A DNA stretch of 25,381 nt, taken from IMG/VR virus record IMGVR_UViG_3300025005_000035, positions 1-25,381 of that record; one strand, written 5' to 3'. Below the pieces are notes generated by a model. That model did not search any database and had not been told where the DNA came from. It was given only the letters and a program-made list of their open reading frames with translations. The translations under genes and the position numbers were made by a program. This document shows positions 17,145 to 23,804 of the stretch, piece by piece; the stretch's first letter is position 1; each line of letters starts with the position of its first letter. Source of the stretch: a virus (lineage: Duplodnaviria; Caudoviricetes).

Positions 17145-17340
17145 GGCGAAATATCTCCTTGAGATCTGACGGCACTGGGGCCGCGGAGAACAGGAACTGG
17201 TACGCGGAGGCCTTCGCCAACTGCCGCTGCATCTTTGTCACCCCTGCGACAGGGATGGCGTACAATTCCGCCGCTAGTTCGTTGAAGGGGTCTTTCCCCT
17301 CAGCTAGAGCTCGGCGGATAATTTTCTCTGCGCACGTCAT
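17137..17340 (-). CDS. 67-aa protein resembling an isolated PolA fingers (O-helix) subdomain
   Basis: ALAEGKDPFNELAAELYAIPVAGVTKMQRQLAKASAYQFLF aligns by eye to PolA G.D.H..TA..F......VT..QR..AK..NFG..YG. Confidence 0.65.
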   Translation of the reverse strand: MTCAEKIIRRALAEGKDPFNELAAELYAIPVAGVTKMQRQLAKASAYQFLFSAAPVPSDLKEIFRRG

Positions 17341-17543
17341 TCTTCTTCTCCCCAGGGAGCGAGCGGATCATTCGCCTCTTCGGAAGCGGCAGGGTCCTCC
17401 AGCAAGACTTCGTTGCGAGTGCTCAGCAAGTGAGACGTGACGAGATTAGCGAAGGTTGCCTCATCATCGCCCTCAATGGTCAGGCGAGTCCACAGTGCAG
17501 GAGGCAGCCACAGGGCTTTAGGGCGAGCGTAGATTAAGATCAT
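17337..17543 (-). CDS. Hypothetical protein
   Basis: ATGA overlaps with both neighbours. Confidence 0.65.
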   Translation of the reverse strand: MILIYARPKALWLPPALWTRLTIEGDDEATFANLVTSHLLSTRNEVLLEDPAASEEANDPLAPWGEEE

Positions 17544-18115
17544 GATTGTTCCAGTTGACGGTGAATGGCTGCGACTGTCTTTGGAGACAGCCGCGGAAGG
17601 ATGTTGGTGGCCTCGGGCAGGTCGAGGAACTGGCCTTGGTTAGCGAAGACTGTCGGGACGACTAACTCCACGCGGTCAAGGGTTCCTTCCCCGAAGACGC
17701 AATCGAGGATGACTTCCTGGGCTTCGAGAGCAAAGTCGAGCAGGAGGCAATCTACTCGGGCAGGCAGGGTCTTGCGCCAAGGGAGGCGAGCGCGCACTTC
17801 CGGCACAGCCTTGGGGGACCAGTCGCCGCTGACGTACTCAACGCGAGCGGATTCAGGAGCGGAGGCCAGGGGTTCTCGTACAAGGCGACGAGCATCCGGG
17901 ATGCTCTTGTGCTTCCACTCGACGAAGTACCCGAGGAGAGAATCGGTTTCTTGGTGGATCAGTACGACAATGGAGCCGCGGGTCCAGCTATCTGGGTTGC
18001 GATAGATGCCGGACTCGTCAGGAGTCTGGAAAGCTTTGGGAGCCTTGCCCGCAGCCTGGCCGCGCATTGCTGCCTTGGCCTCGCGGAAGAGGTCGTCGAG
18101 AGTTAGTTCTTGCAT
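17540..18115 (-). CDS. Hypothetical protein, first gene of the middle/replication operon
   Basis: 191 aa; RBS GAGG; downstream of the promoter at 18173-18201. Confidence 0.75.
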   Translation of the reverse strand: MQELTLDDLFREAKAAMRGQAAGKAPKAFQTPDESGIYRNPDSWTRGSIVVLIHQETDSLLGYFVEWKHKSIPDARRLVREPLASAPESARVEYVSGDWSPKAVPEVRARLPWRKTLPARVDCLLLDFALEAQEVILDCVFGEGTLDRVELVVPTVFANQGQFLDLPEATNILPRLSPKTVAAIHRQLEQS

Positions 18116-18139
18116 AGTTGAGCCTCGCTTAGTTGATGT

Positions 18140-18171
18140 TTGTGCGGATTATCGTATCATAATCCACACCA
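18140..18171. promoter_or_regulatory. 32-bp palindromic site, copy 3 (overlaps the predicted transcription start)
   Basis: TTGTGCGGATTAT-cgtatc-ATAATCCACACCA, next to the -10 box. Confidence 0.65.
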
Positions 18172-18172
18172 T

Positions 18173-18201
18173 ATTTGACCCGGACTCGGAAAATTAGTTC
18201 C
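18173..18201 (-). promoter_or_regulatory. RpoE/AlgU-type promoter
   Basis: Minus strand GGAACT-AATTTTCCGAGTCCGG(16)-GTCAAAT with an upstream A-tract. Confidence 0.8.
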
Positions 18202-18252
18202 CGAGGGTTCGGGTTTATTTTTTAAGCTTGGTCAGCCCCAGTGAATACGCTG

Positions 18253-18387
18253 TTACTCATGTCCTTGCCCCTTTCCGCGTTCAAGCAGATGCTCGCAATC
18301 CTCAAGCAAAAAAACCAGCGCCCAAGCCACGCCCACAATGCCAACTAGTGCTGCTCCCGCGACGATGATGTAGTCGATGATGGTCAT
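18253..18387 (-). CDS. 44-aa membrane microprotein (not in ORF track)
   Basis: MTIIDYIIVAGAALVGIVGVAWALVFLLEDCEHLLERGKGQGHE*; RBS GAGGGG; starts right after the upstream stop. Confidence 0.6.
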   Translation of the reverse strand: MTIIDYIIVAGAALVGIVGVAWALVFLLEDCEHLLERGKGQGHE

Positions 18388-18388
18388 A

Positions 18389-18946
18389 TCACACCCCTCG
18401 TTCAATTTCTGCGCAGACGACTCTCAGATAGTCTGCTTGGGCAGCCCACGCCTCATCCCACGCTTCGTCCCACGCCTCATCTTCAGCCTCATCATTCACT
18501 GCATCCCACGCCTCATCATTCACTGCATCTTCAGCCGCACTCCGCGCCGCACTTCTCGTCGCACACCACGCTGCACCCCACGCCTCACCTAACGCCGCAC
18601 CTAACGCCGCACCCGGCGCTGCATCCCTCGCCGCATTCAGTTCTTCTACCGTGGCTTCACCGTTGGCGTACCTTTCTGCCACGTCCAGCGCCGCCAGACT
18701 ACGTGGGTCTTCTATCAAGTGTTGCACTCGCCTTGCGCACCAGACTGCGTATAGCCGAATCTCTTTATCTCGTCCCTCGATAGCTTTCATGCACCAGATT
18801 GCATCGTCCAGCCCGTTGCTATCTAGGATGGCCAATATCGACAGCGGCTCGTCATCAGCCTTGGTTTTGCCAAGGTGCTTAAGTAGCTTTTCCCAACCCT
18901 CCGCACAGGGGCCGTGGGCGCGTATTTTGTTCAGTGTTGTTTTCAT
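18389..18946 (-). CDS. Conserved phage protein with Ala/Trp-rich 4-residue repeat tail
   Basis: TTLNKIR..PC..GW.KLL..LGKT.ADDEPL..ILDSNG.DDA.W and RL.AVWCAR...D.RS..A.DVAERYANGEAT motifs; RBS GGAGG. Confidence 0.8.
   Translation of the reverse strand: MKTTLNKIRAHGPCAEGWEKLLKHLGKTKADDEPLSILAILDSNGLDDAIWCMKAIEGRDKEIRLYAVWCARRVQHLIEDPRSLAALDVAERYANGEATVEELNAARDAAPGAALGAALGEAWGAAWCATRSAARSAAEDAVNDEAWDAVNDEAEDEAWDEAWDEAWAAQADYLRVVCAEIERGV
18445..18636. repeat. 16 x 12-bp degenerate tandem repeat inside the 18389-18946 CDS
   Basis: Units such as CCCACGCCTCAT, CATTCACTGCAT, CTAACGCCGCAC; 192 bp total; encodes DEAW/DAVN/GAAL tetrapeptides. Confidence 0.85.
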
Positions 18947-19065
18947 AGTGCCTCCATCATCCAGTAACCCAGCAGCGCGGCTGCACCTATCACAGCCAGC
19001 ACGCCGACTAAGTATGCTAGCTCTCGCCTTATATAAGACGCTTCGTTACTTTTATACGGGCGCAT
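18943..19065 (-). CDS. 40-aa membrane microprotein (not in ORF track)
   Basis: MRPYKSNEASYIRRELAYLVGVLAVIGAAALLGYWMMEAL*; RBS GAGG; ATGA overlap downstream. Confidence 0.6.
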   Translation of the reverse strand: MRPYKSNEASYIRRELAYLVGVLAVIGAAALLGYWMMEAL

Positions 19066-19070
19066 TTTAG

Positions 19071-19343
19071 TCAGTCCTCTAGGTCAGGCTCCGGAAAGTT
19101 CTCCGCGGCTTCCGCTTGAGCTTCCTCGAGCAGCCCACGTTCGATCTTCCTCCGCTCCTCCTTCGTCATCTTATTCTCCAGCCAAGTTGCCGGATAGCCC
19201 TTCCGGTCGAAAATGTCGAAGTCTACTTCGACGTAGCCGTGATACTCCTCGGGGCAGGAGGCGTTGTAGGAATAGTTCCCCGCCACGTTCACGATTCTCG
19301 TAGCGCGTGCTTCGCAGGGGATGCCTGCAATGGTAGTTTTCAT
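19071..19343 (-). CDS. Conserved phage hypothetical protein
   Basis: Likely start MKTTIAGIPC at 19343; DRKGYPATWLE.K motif. Confidence 0.75.
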   Translation of the reverse strand: MKTTIAGIPCEARATRIVNVAGNYSYNASCPEEYHGYVEVDFDIFDRKGYPATWLENKMTKEERRKIERGLLEEAQAEAAENFPEPDLED

Positions 19344-19348
19344 GATGG

Positions 19349-19456
19349 TTGAGCCTTCTATGTGAGCCTCAGATAAACTAACCAGGGGAAGCGGCAACTG
19401 CGGATTGAAGCTTCCCCTGTCCAGCCCCTCGCGCCGAGGCTCAATCAAACGCGAGG
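19349..19456 (-). ncRNA. Candidate structured cis-regulatory RNA (pseudoknot plus 10-bp hairpin)
   Basis: CCTCGCG/CGCGAGG stem (19427-33/19450-56), CAGGGGAAGC/GCTTCCCCTG stem (19383-92/19410-19), and loop 19436-44 complementary to both 19363-70 and 19349-56. Confidence 0.5.
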
Positions 19457-19470
19457 TAAAGGGTTAAAGA

Positions 19471-19512
19471 ACCCTCTGCAAAGGCCGCTCATAACGGCCT
19501 TCACGGAGGGGT
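19471..19512 (-). terminator. Probable intrinsic terminator/attenuator hairpin
   Basis: AAGGCCG/CGGCCTT core stem extended by CCCTC/GAGGG, followed by TCTTT on the minus strand, just after the stop at 19517. Confidence 0.6.
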
Positions 19513-19516
19513 CTAG

Positions 19517-20155
19517 TTAGACCAGAGCCAGCTCAGCGTCCGCATCGACCTTGGCGGTCTTGGCAGTCTTCGCAGCTTCGAGACGCGCGACGATCTCGCC
19601 GGTCTTGGTGCCAGCCACGCGGAAGCTGTCGTACAAAGCACGACGGCTGAGTGCCGGGTCGCTGTCCAGCTTCTTCTGCAGGTAATTCTTGACCGTAGCC
19701 AGGTCCTTGCCAGTGGCCTCGCAGATGGCCTGGACGACCACGCTCGCGCCACTGACGCCGCCGCCGCCGCTGGCCCGTGCTTTGCCCCAGTTGCCTGCGG
19801 CGATTTGTGCGGACAGGTCGTCGATAGCCAAGACCATGTCTTCTTCGCTGAGGGGCTTGTCCGCTGTGGTGGCTAGCTCGTCGCCGAACTTCTGCTCCGC
19901 GCCGTGACCTGCGAACTGGGCCAGGAGGCTCAGCGGCAGCGGGATGGTGCGGGTTTCGCCATTGCGGAAGTCCATGCGGATGCTGACCGCGCCAGCTTGC
20001 AACTGCATCGCGTCGCCTTCGACGGTGATCAGGTTTGCGTCGATCAGGGTTTCCTTCGAAACCTTGCGCTTGCCAGGGAAGGAGACCTTGCGGCCGTCCG
20101 TCAGGGTAACTTCTTGGTACTCGGTCTTGCTCTTTGTCTCGGTTTCAGTCGCCAT
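19517..20155 (-). CDS. Conserved early phage protein (HG...GD family), paralogue of 23805-24200
   Basis: 212 aa with strong coding-like GC3; FAGHGAEQKFGDELA motif; RBS GGAG. Confidence 0.85.
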   Translation of the reverse strand: MATETETKSKTEYQEVTLTDGRKVSFPGKRKVSKETLIDANLITVEGDAMQLQAGAVSIRMDFRNGETRTIPLPLSLLAQFAGHGAEQKFGDELATTADKPLSEEDMVLAIDDLSAQIAAGNWGKARASGGGGVSGASVVVQAICEATGKDLATVKNYLQKKLDSDPALSRRALYDSFRVAGTKTGEIVARLEAAKTAKTAKVDADAELALV

Positions 20156-20290
20156 GAGATAATCTCCAGTAAAATGCAGCCCTTTGTATCGGCGGCTGCG
20201 TATTCCGTTAGCAGGATGAGCCTACTGGAGAGACGCTGGGTCTCTGCGCTAGGTTCAGGGAGGAGGAGCCTCGCGGATTTTCGCCGCATG
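20156..20290 (-). promoter_or_regulatory. Highly structured 5' leader that sequesters the RBS
   Basis: CTCCAGTA (20164-71) / TACTGGAG (20223-30) stem encloses GCAGCC/GGCTGC; additional hairpin AGAGAC/GTCTCT. Confidence 0.55.
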
Positions 20291-20293
20291 GGG

Positions 20294-20322
20294 ATTTGAC
20301 CCGCGCTCCTCGCATTAGTTCC
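20294..20322 (-). promoter_or_regulatory. RpoE/AlgU-type promoter
   Basis: Minus strand GGAACT-AATGCGAGGAGCGCGG(16)-GTCAAAT. Confidence 0.8.
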
Positions 20323-20340
20323 CAAGGAATAAAATTTATT

Positions 20341-20535
20341 TCATGTGGCCTTCTTTGTGGCCTCGTTAATGTATGCGCGAAGACGCGCGATTCTCTGCCT
20401 ATGATAGAAGGTCATCGCCTCAGCGTACTCCGAGGCGGATTCGCTCTCGAGCAGGGAGCGCTCCGCGTCGAGGAGTTCGATGGTCGCCAGCTCCAGGGCT
20501 GAGCGAGGGAGGAAAAGGGACTTGAGCCAGTTCAT
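20341..20535 (-). CDS. Conserved helical phage protein
   Basis: Start MNWLK at 20535 (RBS AAGGA, ATGA overlap); EL..AER.LL...SA.EYA.A...Y...RI.RL pattern. Confidence 0.7.
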   Translation of the reverse strand: MNWLKSLFLPRSALELATIELLDAERSLLESESASEYAEAMTFYHRQRIARLRAYINEATKKAT

Positions 20536-20837
20536 GATAGGTCCTTGATTAAGCGGCACTTGATCGCCTCGGCGTGGCCACAGGGGACTACAGCCAGAGG
20601 CTCGACCACGGCGGCGAGGAGAAGGGACTTCAGGGCCCCTTCGTTTTCCGAATAGTCCTTGATTAGAACCTCATCAGGCGCGAGGAAGACTTCGGGTATG
20701 TTGACCGTAAGGCACGCGACGGGTTCGCCTGTGTCGCAGTTAACTGCCTTGATCGCCAGGCGCCCGTTGGAGTAGTGGTGCTGCTTCAGCGTGAGAGAAA
20801 TCGCTGGCGCGTAGCGCAGGTGGGAAGGGATGTTCAT
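20532..20837 (-). CDS. DUF4313-like protein
   Basis: Y.NGRLAI...GEP.A.LTVNIP...IKDYSEN motif. Confidence 0.65.
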   Translation of the reverse strand: MNIPSHLRYAPAISLTLKQHHYSNGRLAIKAVNCDTGEPVACLTVNIPEVFLAPDEVLIKDYSENEGALKSLLLAAVVEPLAVVPCGHAEAIKCRLIKDLS

Positions 20838-21019
20838 AGTGTTTGCTCCAGATAGATGATGAGATACTTCGCGTAGCCGGTGGAGAGTTCCTTGCCGCAG
20901 AACCAGAAGGAGTCGCTCTCGGACTCCTTCGCGTCTTTGTAAGCGGCGCGAAGGGACTTGAGCAGCTCCGCGTCGAAGAGGATGCCTTGCTCAGGAATTG
21001 ATGAAGGAGGGAGGCTCAT
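20834..21019 (-). CDS. Hypothetical protein
   Basis: RBS AAGGAG; F.F.G.EL...YAKYLI.YL pattern. Confidence 0.7.
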   Translation of the reverse strand: MSLPPSSIPEQGILFDAELLKSLRAAYKDAKESESDSFWFCGKELSTGYAKYLIIYLEQTL

Positions 21020-21028
21020 GCTAGCTCC

Positions 21029-21238
21029 TTACCAAAGTTCAACTGTGCGGACAGGCACATCGTCTTTGAAGAAGACGACTGTGTCATATCCGCGCTTTGC
21101 GGCCAGCTCGCAAGTAAAGCGTTGCTGGCGCGGGGAAGGAGCTTTGCGGTCCATGTGGACAATCCTGGCCATGCCACAAGGAGCTACGTTAGTAGGCTCT
21201 TCGAGCTGGTACCCGTAGGCAATGTAGAACGGTTTCAT
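21029..21238 (-). CDS. Hypothetical protein
   Basis: RBS AAGGAG; ATGA overlap. Confidence 0.65.
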   Translation of the reverse strand: MKPFYIAYGYQLEEPTNVAPCGMARIVHMDRKAPSPRQQRFTCELAAKRGYDTVVFFKDDVPVRTVELW

Positions 21239-21540
21239 GCTAGCTCCTTGCGCAGCTCCGCCATCTCTGCCAAGGCAAGGTCGTCCCAGCTCGGGGAGGC
21301 TTCGGACTCGGCTTGGAAAGCCAGGTCGGTTTTCCCTCCGTCCTCTGGGTTATAGTACGCGACGACTTCCCAATAGGCCCCGAAATCGTGAGGGAAGGAC
21401 TTGACTCGGAAGTCGCCTCCGGGGAATTCTCGCTCCAGTTGCCGCTTGTATATCCGGCACTCGCGCAGGCACCTCGCGTCGCCAGTCTGGAAACAATCCT
21501 CCTCTGGAGGGGAGGAGCCGATGTTGATAAATTCTTTCAT
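21235..21540 (-). CDS. Conserved phage hypothetical protein
   Basis: IG.SP.EE.C.Q.G...EC..Y..QL.R.FP...HDFG.Y.EV motif; RBS GAGG. Confidence 0.75.
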   Translation of the reverse strand: MKEFINIGSSPPEEDCFQTGDARCLRECRIYKRQLEREFPGGDFRVKSFPHDFGAYWEVVAYYNPEDGGKTDLAFQAESEASPSWDDLALAEMAELRKELA

Positions 21541-21612
21541 GTTGAACCTCTTTTAGTCTACAGGTCAAGTCGCCTGCTCGGAGTCGCCTGTCACGCGACT
21601 CGAAGCGGGAGG

Positions 21613-21714
21613 CTAGGCCAGCTTCTCCGCCCACGCATGCCCGTCGAAGGTCTTCCAGTCCGCACGGACTCGATTCTCCCAATTACACGCACCATTCTTC
21701 GTAGGGTTATTCAT
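21613..21714 (-). CDS. 33-aa peptide (not in ORF track)
   Basis: MNNPTKNGACNWENRVRADWKTFDGHAWAEKLA*; first ATG after the 21769 promoter; AAAGG RBS. Confidence 0.45.
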   Translation of the reverse strand: MNNPTKNGACNWENRVRADWKTFDGHAWAEKLA

Positions 21715-21768
21715 CTTGAGCCTTTCGTTCTGAGTGGCAAGGTCGGCGGCCACTCATCGCCGTTATAT

Positions 21769-21797
21769 ATTAGACACGCTCTGGCTGGATTAGTTCC
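21769..21797 (-). promoter_or_regulatory. RpoE/AlgU-type promoter
   Basis: Minus strand GGAACT-AATCCAGCCAGAGCGT(16)-GTCTAAT. Confidence 0.8.
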
Positions 21798-21862
21798 ACA
21801 GTTCACGAGCCGTCCCTGGCCTTCGTGCGGCAGAGCCGTCTTGCCTAGGCATCCAGCACAAT

Positions 21863-22273
21863 TCACTTCCCATCCTCCGGCGTCCAGACCTTGCCCGCGA
21901 AAGCCAGCTGCAGGTCGCGGTCACAGAGGGCGAGCATCTCCTCCGTCCAGCCCCTGTCCTTACAATACTTTGAGCTCACTCGATTAAAGGACCGGGCCAG
22001 GACCATCACTGCAGTCAGCACCTCAGACCTGTCTGTGCTCCTTCCCACCGCCACGAGTTTCGCCACGGCTTCGGAACAGAGCCCCGCGTCCAGCACTGTC
22101 TCCACCATATCCTGCCCATGCTCCTGCGCCACGGCCAGGAACTCCTTCGGCAGCTCCTCTCGCGCCCCGCTCAACACATCACCTCGCGCATGATCACTGC
22201 ACATCCATCCGAGCCGCTTGCCAGCATCCAAAGCGCCAGCACGACCCAGAACACGACCATCTCCACTGTCCAC
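21863..22273 (-). CDS. Hypothetical protein
   Basis: GTG start with RBS GAGGAG; helical C-terminal half. Confidence 0.6.
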   Translation of the reverse strand: MDSGDGRVLGRAGALDAGKRLGWMCSDHARGDVLSGAREELPKEFLAVAQEHGQDMVETVLDAGLCSEAVAKLVAVGRSTDRSEVLTAVMVLARSFNRVSSKYCKDRGWTEEMLALCDRDLQLAFAGKVWTPEDGK

Positions 22274-22283
22274 GACTCCTCTT

Positions 22284-22844
22284 TCATGATGAAAGCTCCT
22301 TTAAAAGTTCGTTTGCATTATTGCCCGATAACGCGCTCAAATTATCCCCCAGCGCCTTCATTCCCACGCCTTGCGTCTCATCCTCCCCTCCCTCCCCGCC
22401 ATCCAAGGGACTGGGCGGAATCACCCTGGCCCTTGCCGCCTCCCTAGGTCGCTCCGGCGCCACGTCCCTGAACAGCGCCAGCCGTGCCTTTGTCTCTGGG
22501 CTCATCTGCTTCTCCGTCCAGCTTTCCTCCTTCCCCTGCAGCATCCTCAGCATTTTCTCCTCCGACGCCCTGGCTGCCACGTCCAGTTCCGGCGCCTCCA
22601 CCTGCCCAAAGGCCTCCTGCTCTAGCGCTTTCCACTGCGCCTCCGCCTGCCTTTTCTCCATCACAGCATTTCTCCCCACATAAGCCGCTCGCTTCGCCAC
22701 GACTCTCCAGATCGTGGACTCACTCACCCCGAGCTGCTTTGCAATAGCCCCGCAGCTCCACTTATGATCTCCCCACTCGTCCAACACTTCCCTCAGCTCA
22801 TAAATCCTCACCGCCATCTCTGGCGAGATCGCTTTCTTTCCCAT
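22284..22844 (-). CDS. Helix-turn-helix DNA-binding protein
   Basis: WSCGAIAKQLGVSESTIWRVV is a canonical HTH; RBS AAGGAG. Confidence 0.8.
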   Translation of the reverse strand: MGKKAISPEMAVRIYELREVLDEWGDHKWSCGAIAKQLGVSESTIWRVVAKRAAYVGRNAVMEKRQAEAQWKALEQEAFGQVEAPELDVAARASEEKMLRMLQGKEESWTEKQMSPETKARLALFRDVAPERPREAARARVIPPSPLDGGEGGEDETQGVGMKALGDNLSALSGNNANELLKELSS

Positions 22845-22888
22845 ATCTGCTCCTTAAGATCTCAGCGGCCCTATTGCCGTTGATGTAC

Positions 22889-22917
22889 ATTAGACACCGG
22901 ACTTCTAATAAAGTTCC
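22889..22917 (-). promoter_or_regulatory. RpoE/AlgU-type promoter
   Basis: Minus strand GGAACT-TTATTAGAAGTCCGGT(16)-GTCTAAT. Confidence 0.8.
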
Positions 22918-22973
22918 AAAGCAATGCTAATTAAATTCTCATCTCCTGCCAGTCTTCTTCTAGCTCCTAGCTC

Positions 22974-23120
22974 CTAGCTGTCTTCCACCATCGGTACCCG
23001 ATTCCCTCGTGTGCTCAGTCAAAAGGGCTTTCAGTCTAAAAAAAAAGAGTTAAAATAATAACCCTATATATAGAGCCTTTTCCCCGTGGGAACCCCATAC
23101 CGATGGTAGAAGAAAGCTAG
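22974..23120. repeat. Long imperfect inverted repeat around an AT-rich core; candidate replication origin
   Basis: CTAGCTgTCTTCcACCATCGGTA...TTCCC versus GGGAA...TACCGATGGTaGAAGAaAGCTAG, flanking an A-tract and CTATATATAG; non-coding. Confidence 0.6.
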
Positions 23121-23215
23121 ACATTAGCAGACAGACAGATGGAAGAAAGACAGCAGAAAGAACCCAGACAGTCCCCCGCCTGAGTTCCCTTCCCCGCCCG
23201 CCCGCCCGCAAGCAA

Positions 23216-23237
23216 GAAAAGGCCCGAAGGCCCTTTC
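23216..23237 (-). terminator. Intrinsic terminator with a cUUCGg loop
   Basis: Minus strand GAAAGGGCC-TTCG-GGCCTTTTC-TTGCTT, just after the stop at 23248. Confidence 0.75.
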
Positions 23238-23247
23238 CCGAAGCATC

Positions 23248-23385
23248 TCATCTACCGCCTAGCGCCCAGCTCCTCACGAGCAACCATCGCTTCCACTCCA
23301 GCCCGAACGCCCCCAGCCGCCGCATCCGGGCTCGATGCTCGAGCCATTCGAAGTGTAGATTGTCCATGCGCTCTTGTGAGTTCAT
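23248..23385 (-). CDS. 45-aa Arg/Trp-rich hypothetical protein
   Basis: RBS AAGGAG before ATG 23385; followed by a terminator. Confidence 0.55.
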   Translation of the reverse strand: MNSQERMDNLHFEWLEHRARMRRLGAFGLEWKRWLLVRSWALGGR

Positions 23386-23519
23386 ACTAGCTCCTTGCTG
23401 TGGGGATAATTCGCGCGGGCATAAATCGCCCCATACGCCATTATCCCCGATACCCATGCTACCATACCCGCGCGCCCCATCATGGGCGCCACGGGCCTAT
23501 TTGATGGCCGCTCGCCCCA

Positions 23520-23735
23520 TCATGGCATCATTCCCTCACCCCCAACACCCGCTTGCAGCTTAACCCACTGCAGCTGAAACCATTCGCTCGCGTCTGGCGC
23601 AGCTATCGCTGCATCCGTCACGCCGAGCTGCTCGCACAGCTCCACCCACAGGGCCACTTGCGTAGCCCGGTCCAGCTCGTTCGCGGAAACGCGCAGGGTC
23701 AGATGTTTCCCCACTGGCGAAAATTCGATTTTCAT
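23520..23735 (-). CDS. Hypothetical protein
   Basis: RBS AAAGGGG; 71 aa. Confidence 0.6.
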   Translation of the reverse strand: MKIEFSPVGKHLTLRVSANELDRATQVALWVELCEQLGVTDAAIAAPDASEWFQLQWVKLQAGVGGEGMMP

Positions 23736-23804
23736 CTCAAGCCCCTTTCAAATCGAGCAACATCGCTCGGACGATGGGCCTGTCACGCCCACCTACCCAG
23801 CCTG

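Noticed and set aside
18200-18223. Hairpin CCCGA/TCGGG plus T-tract as a terminator
   Set aside because: It faces the + strand where no gene ends; the tract is equally explained as the A-rich element upstream of the minus-strand promoter.
18445-18636. CRISPR mini-array (given the Cas4-like gene)
   Set aside because: Contiguous 12-bp in-frame coding units without spacers; Cas4-like nucleases are common stand-alone phage genes.
19349-19456. HDV-like ribozyme or SAM-II/SAH riboswitch
   Set aside because: The topology is partly similar, but P3/L3 and the diagnostic conserved nucleotides are missing; kept only as an unclassified structure.
20156-20290. tRNA gene
   Set aside because: No T-loop GTTCRA, D-loop or cloverleaf spacing.
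22311-22338. Possible fifth palindrome (TTAT-tgcccg-ATAA)
   Set aside because: Only the core matches; the arms are poor and it lies inside a CDS.
22284-22844. Phage-encoded sigma factor or CI repressor
   Set aside because: Only an N-terminal HTH is evident; there is no sigma region 2, peptidase S24 domain, divergent cro partner or integrase.
23400-23526. Short repeats (CGCCCCATCATGG twice) in a C-rich spacer
   Set aside because: Low-complexity skewed sequence with only two copies; no supportable function.
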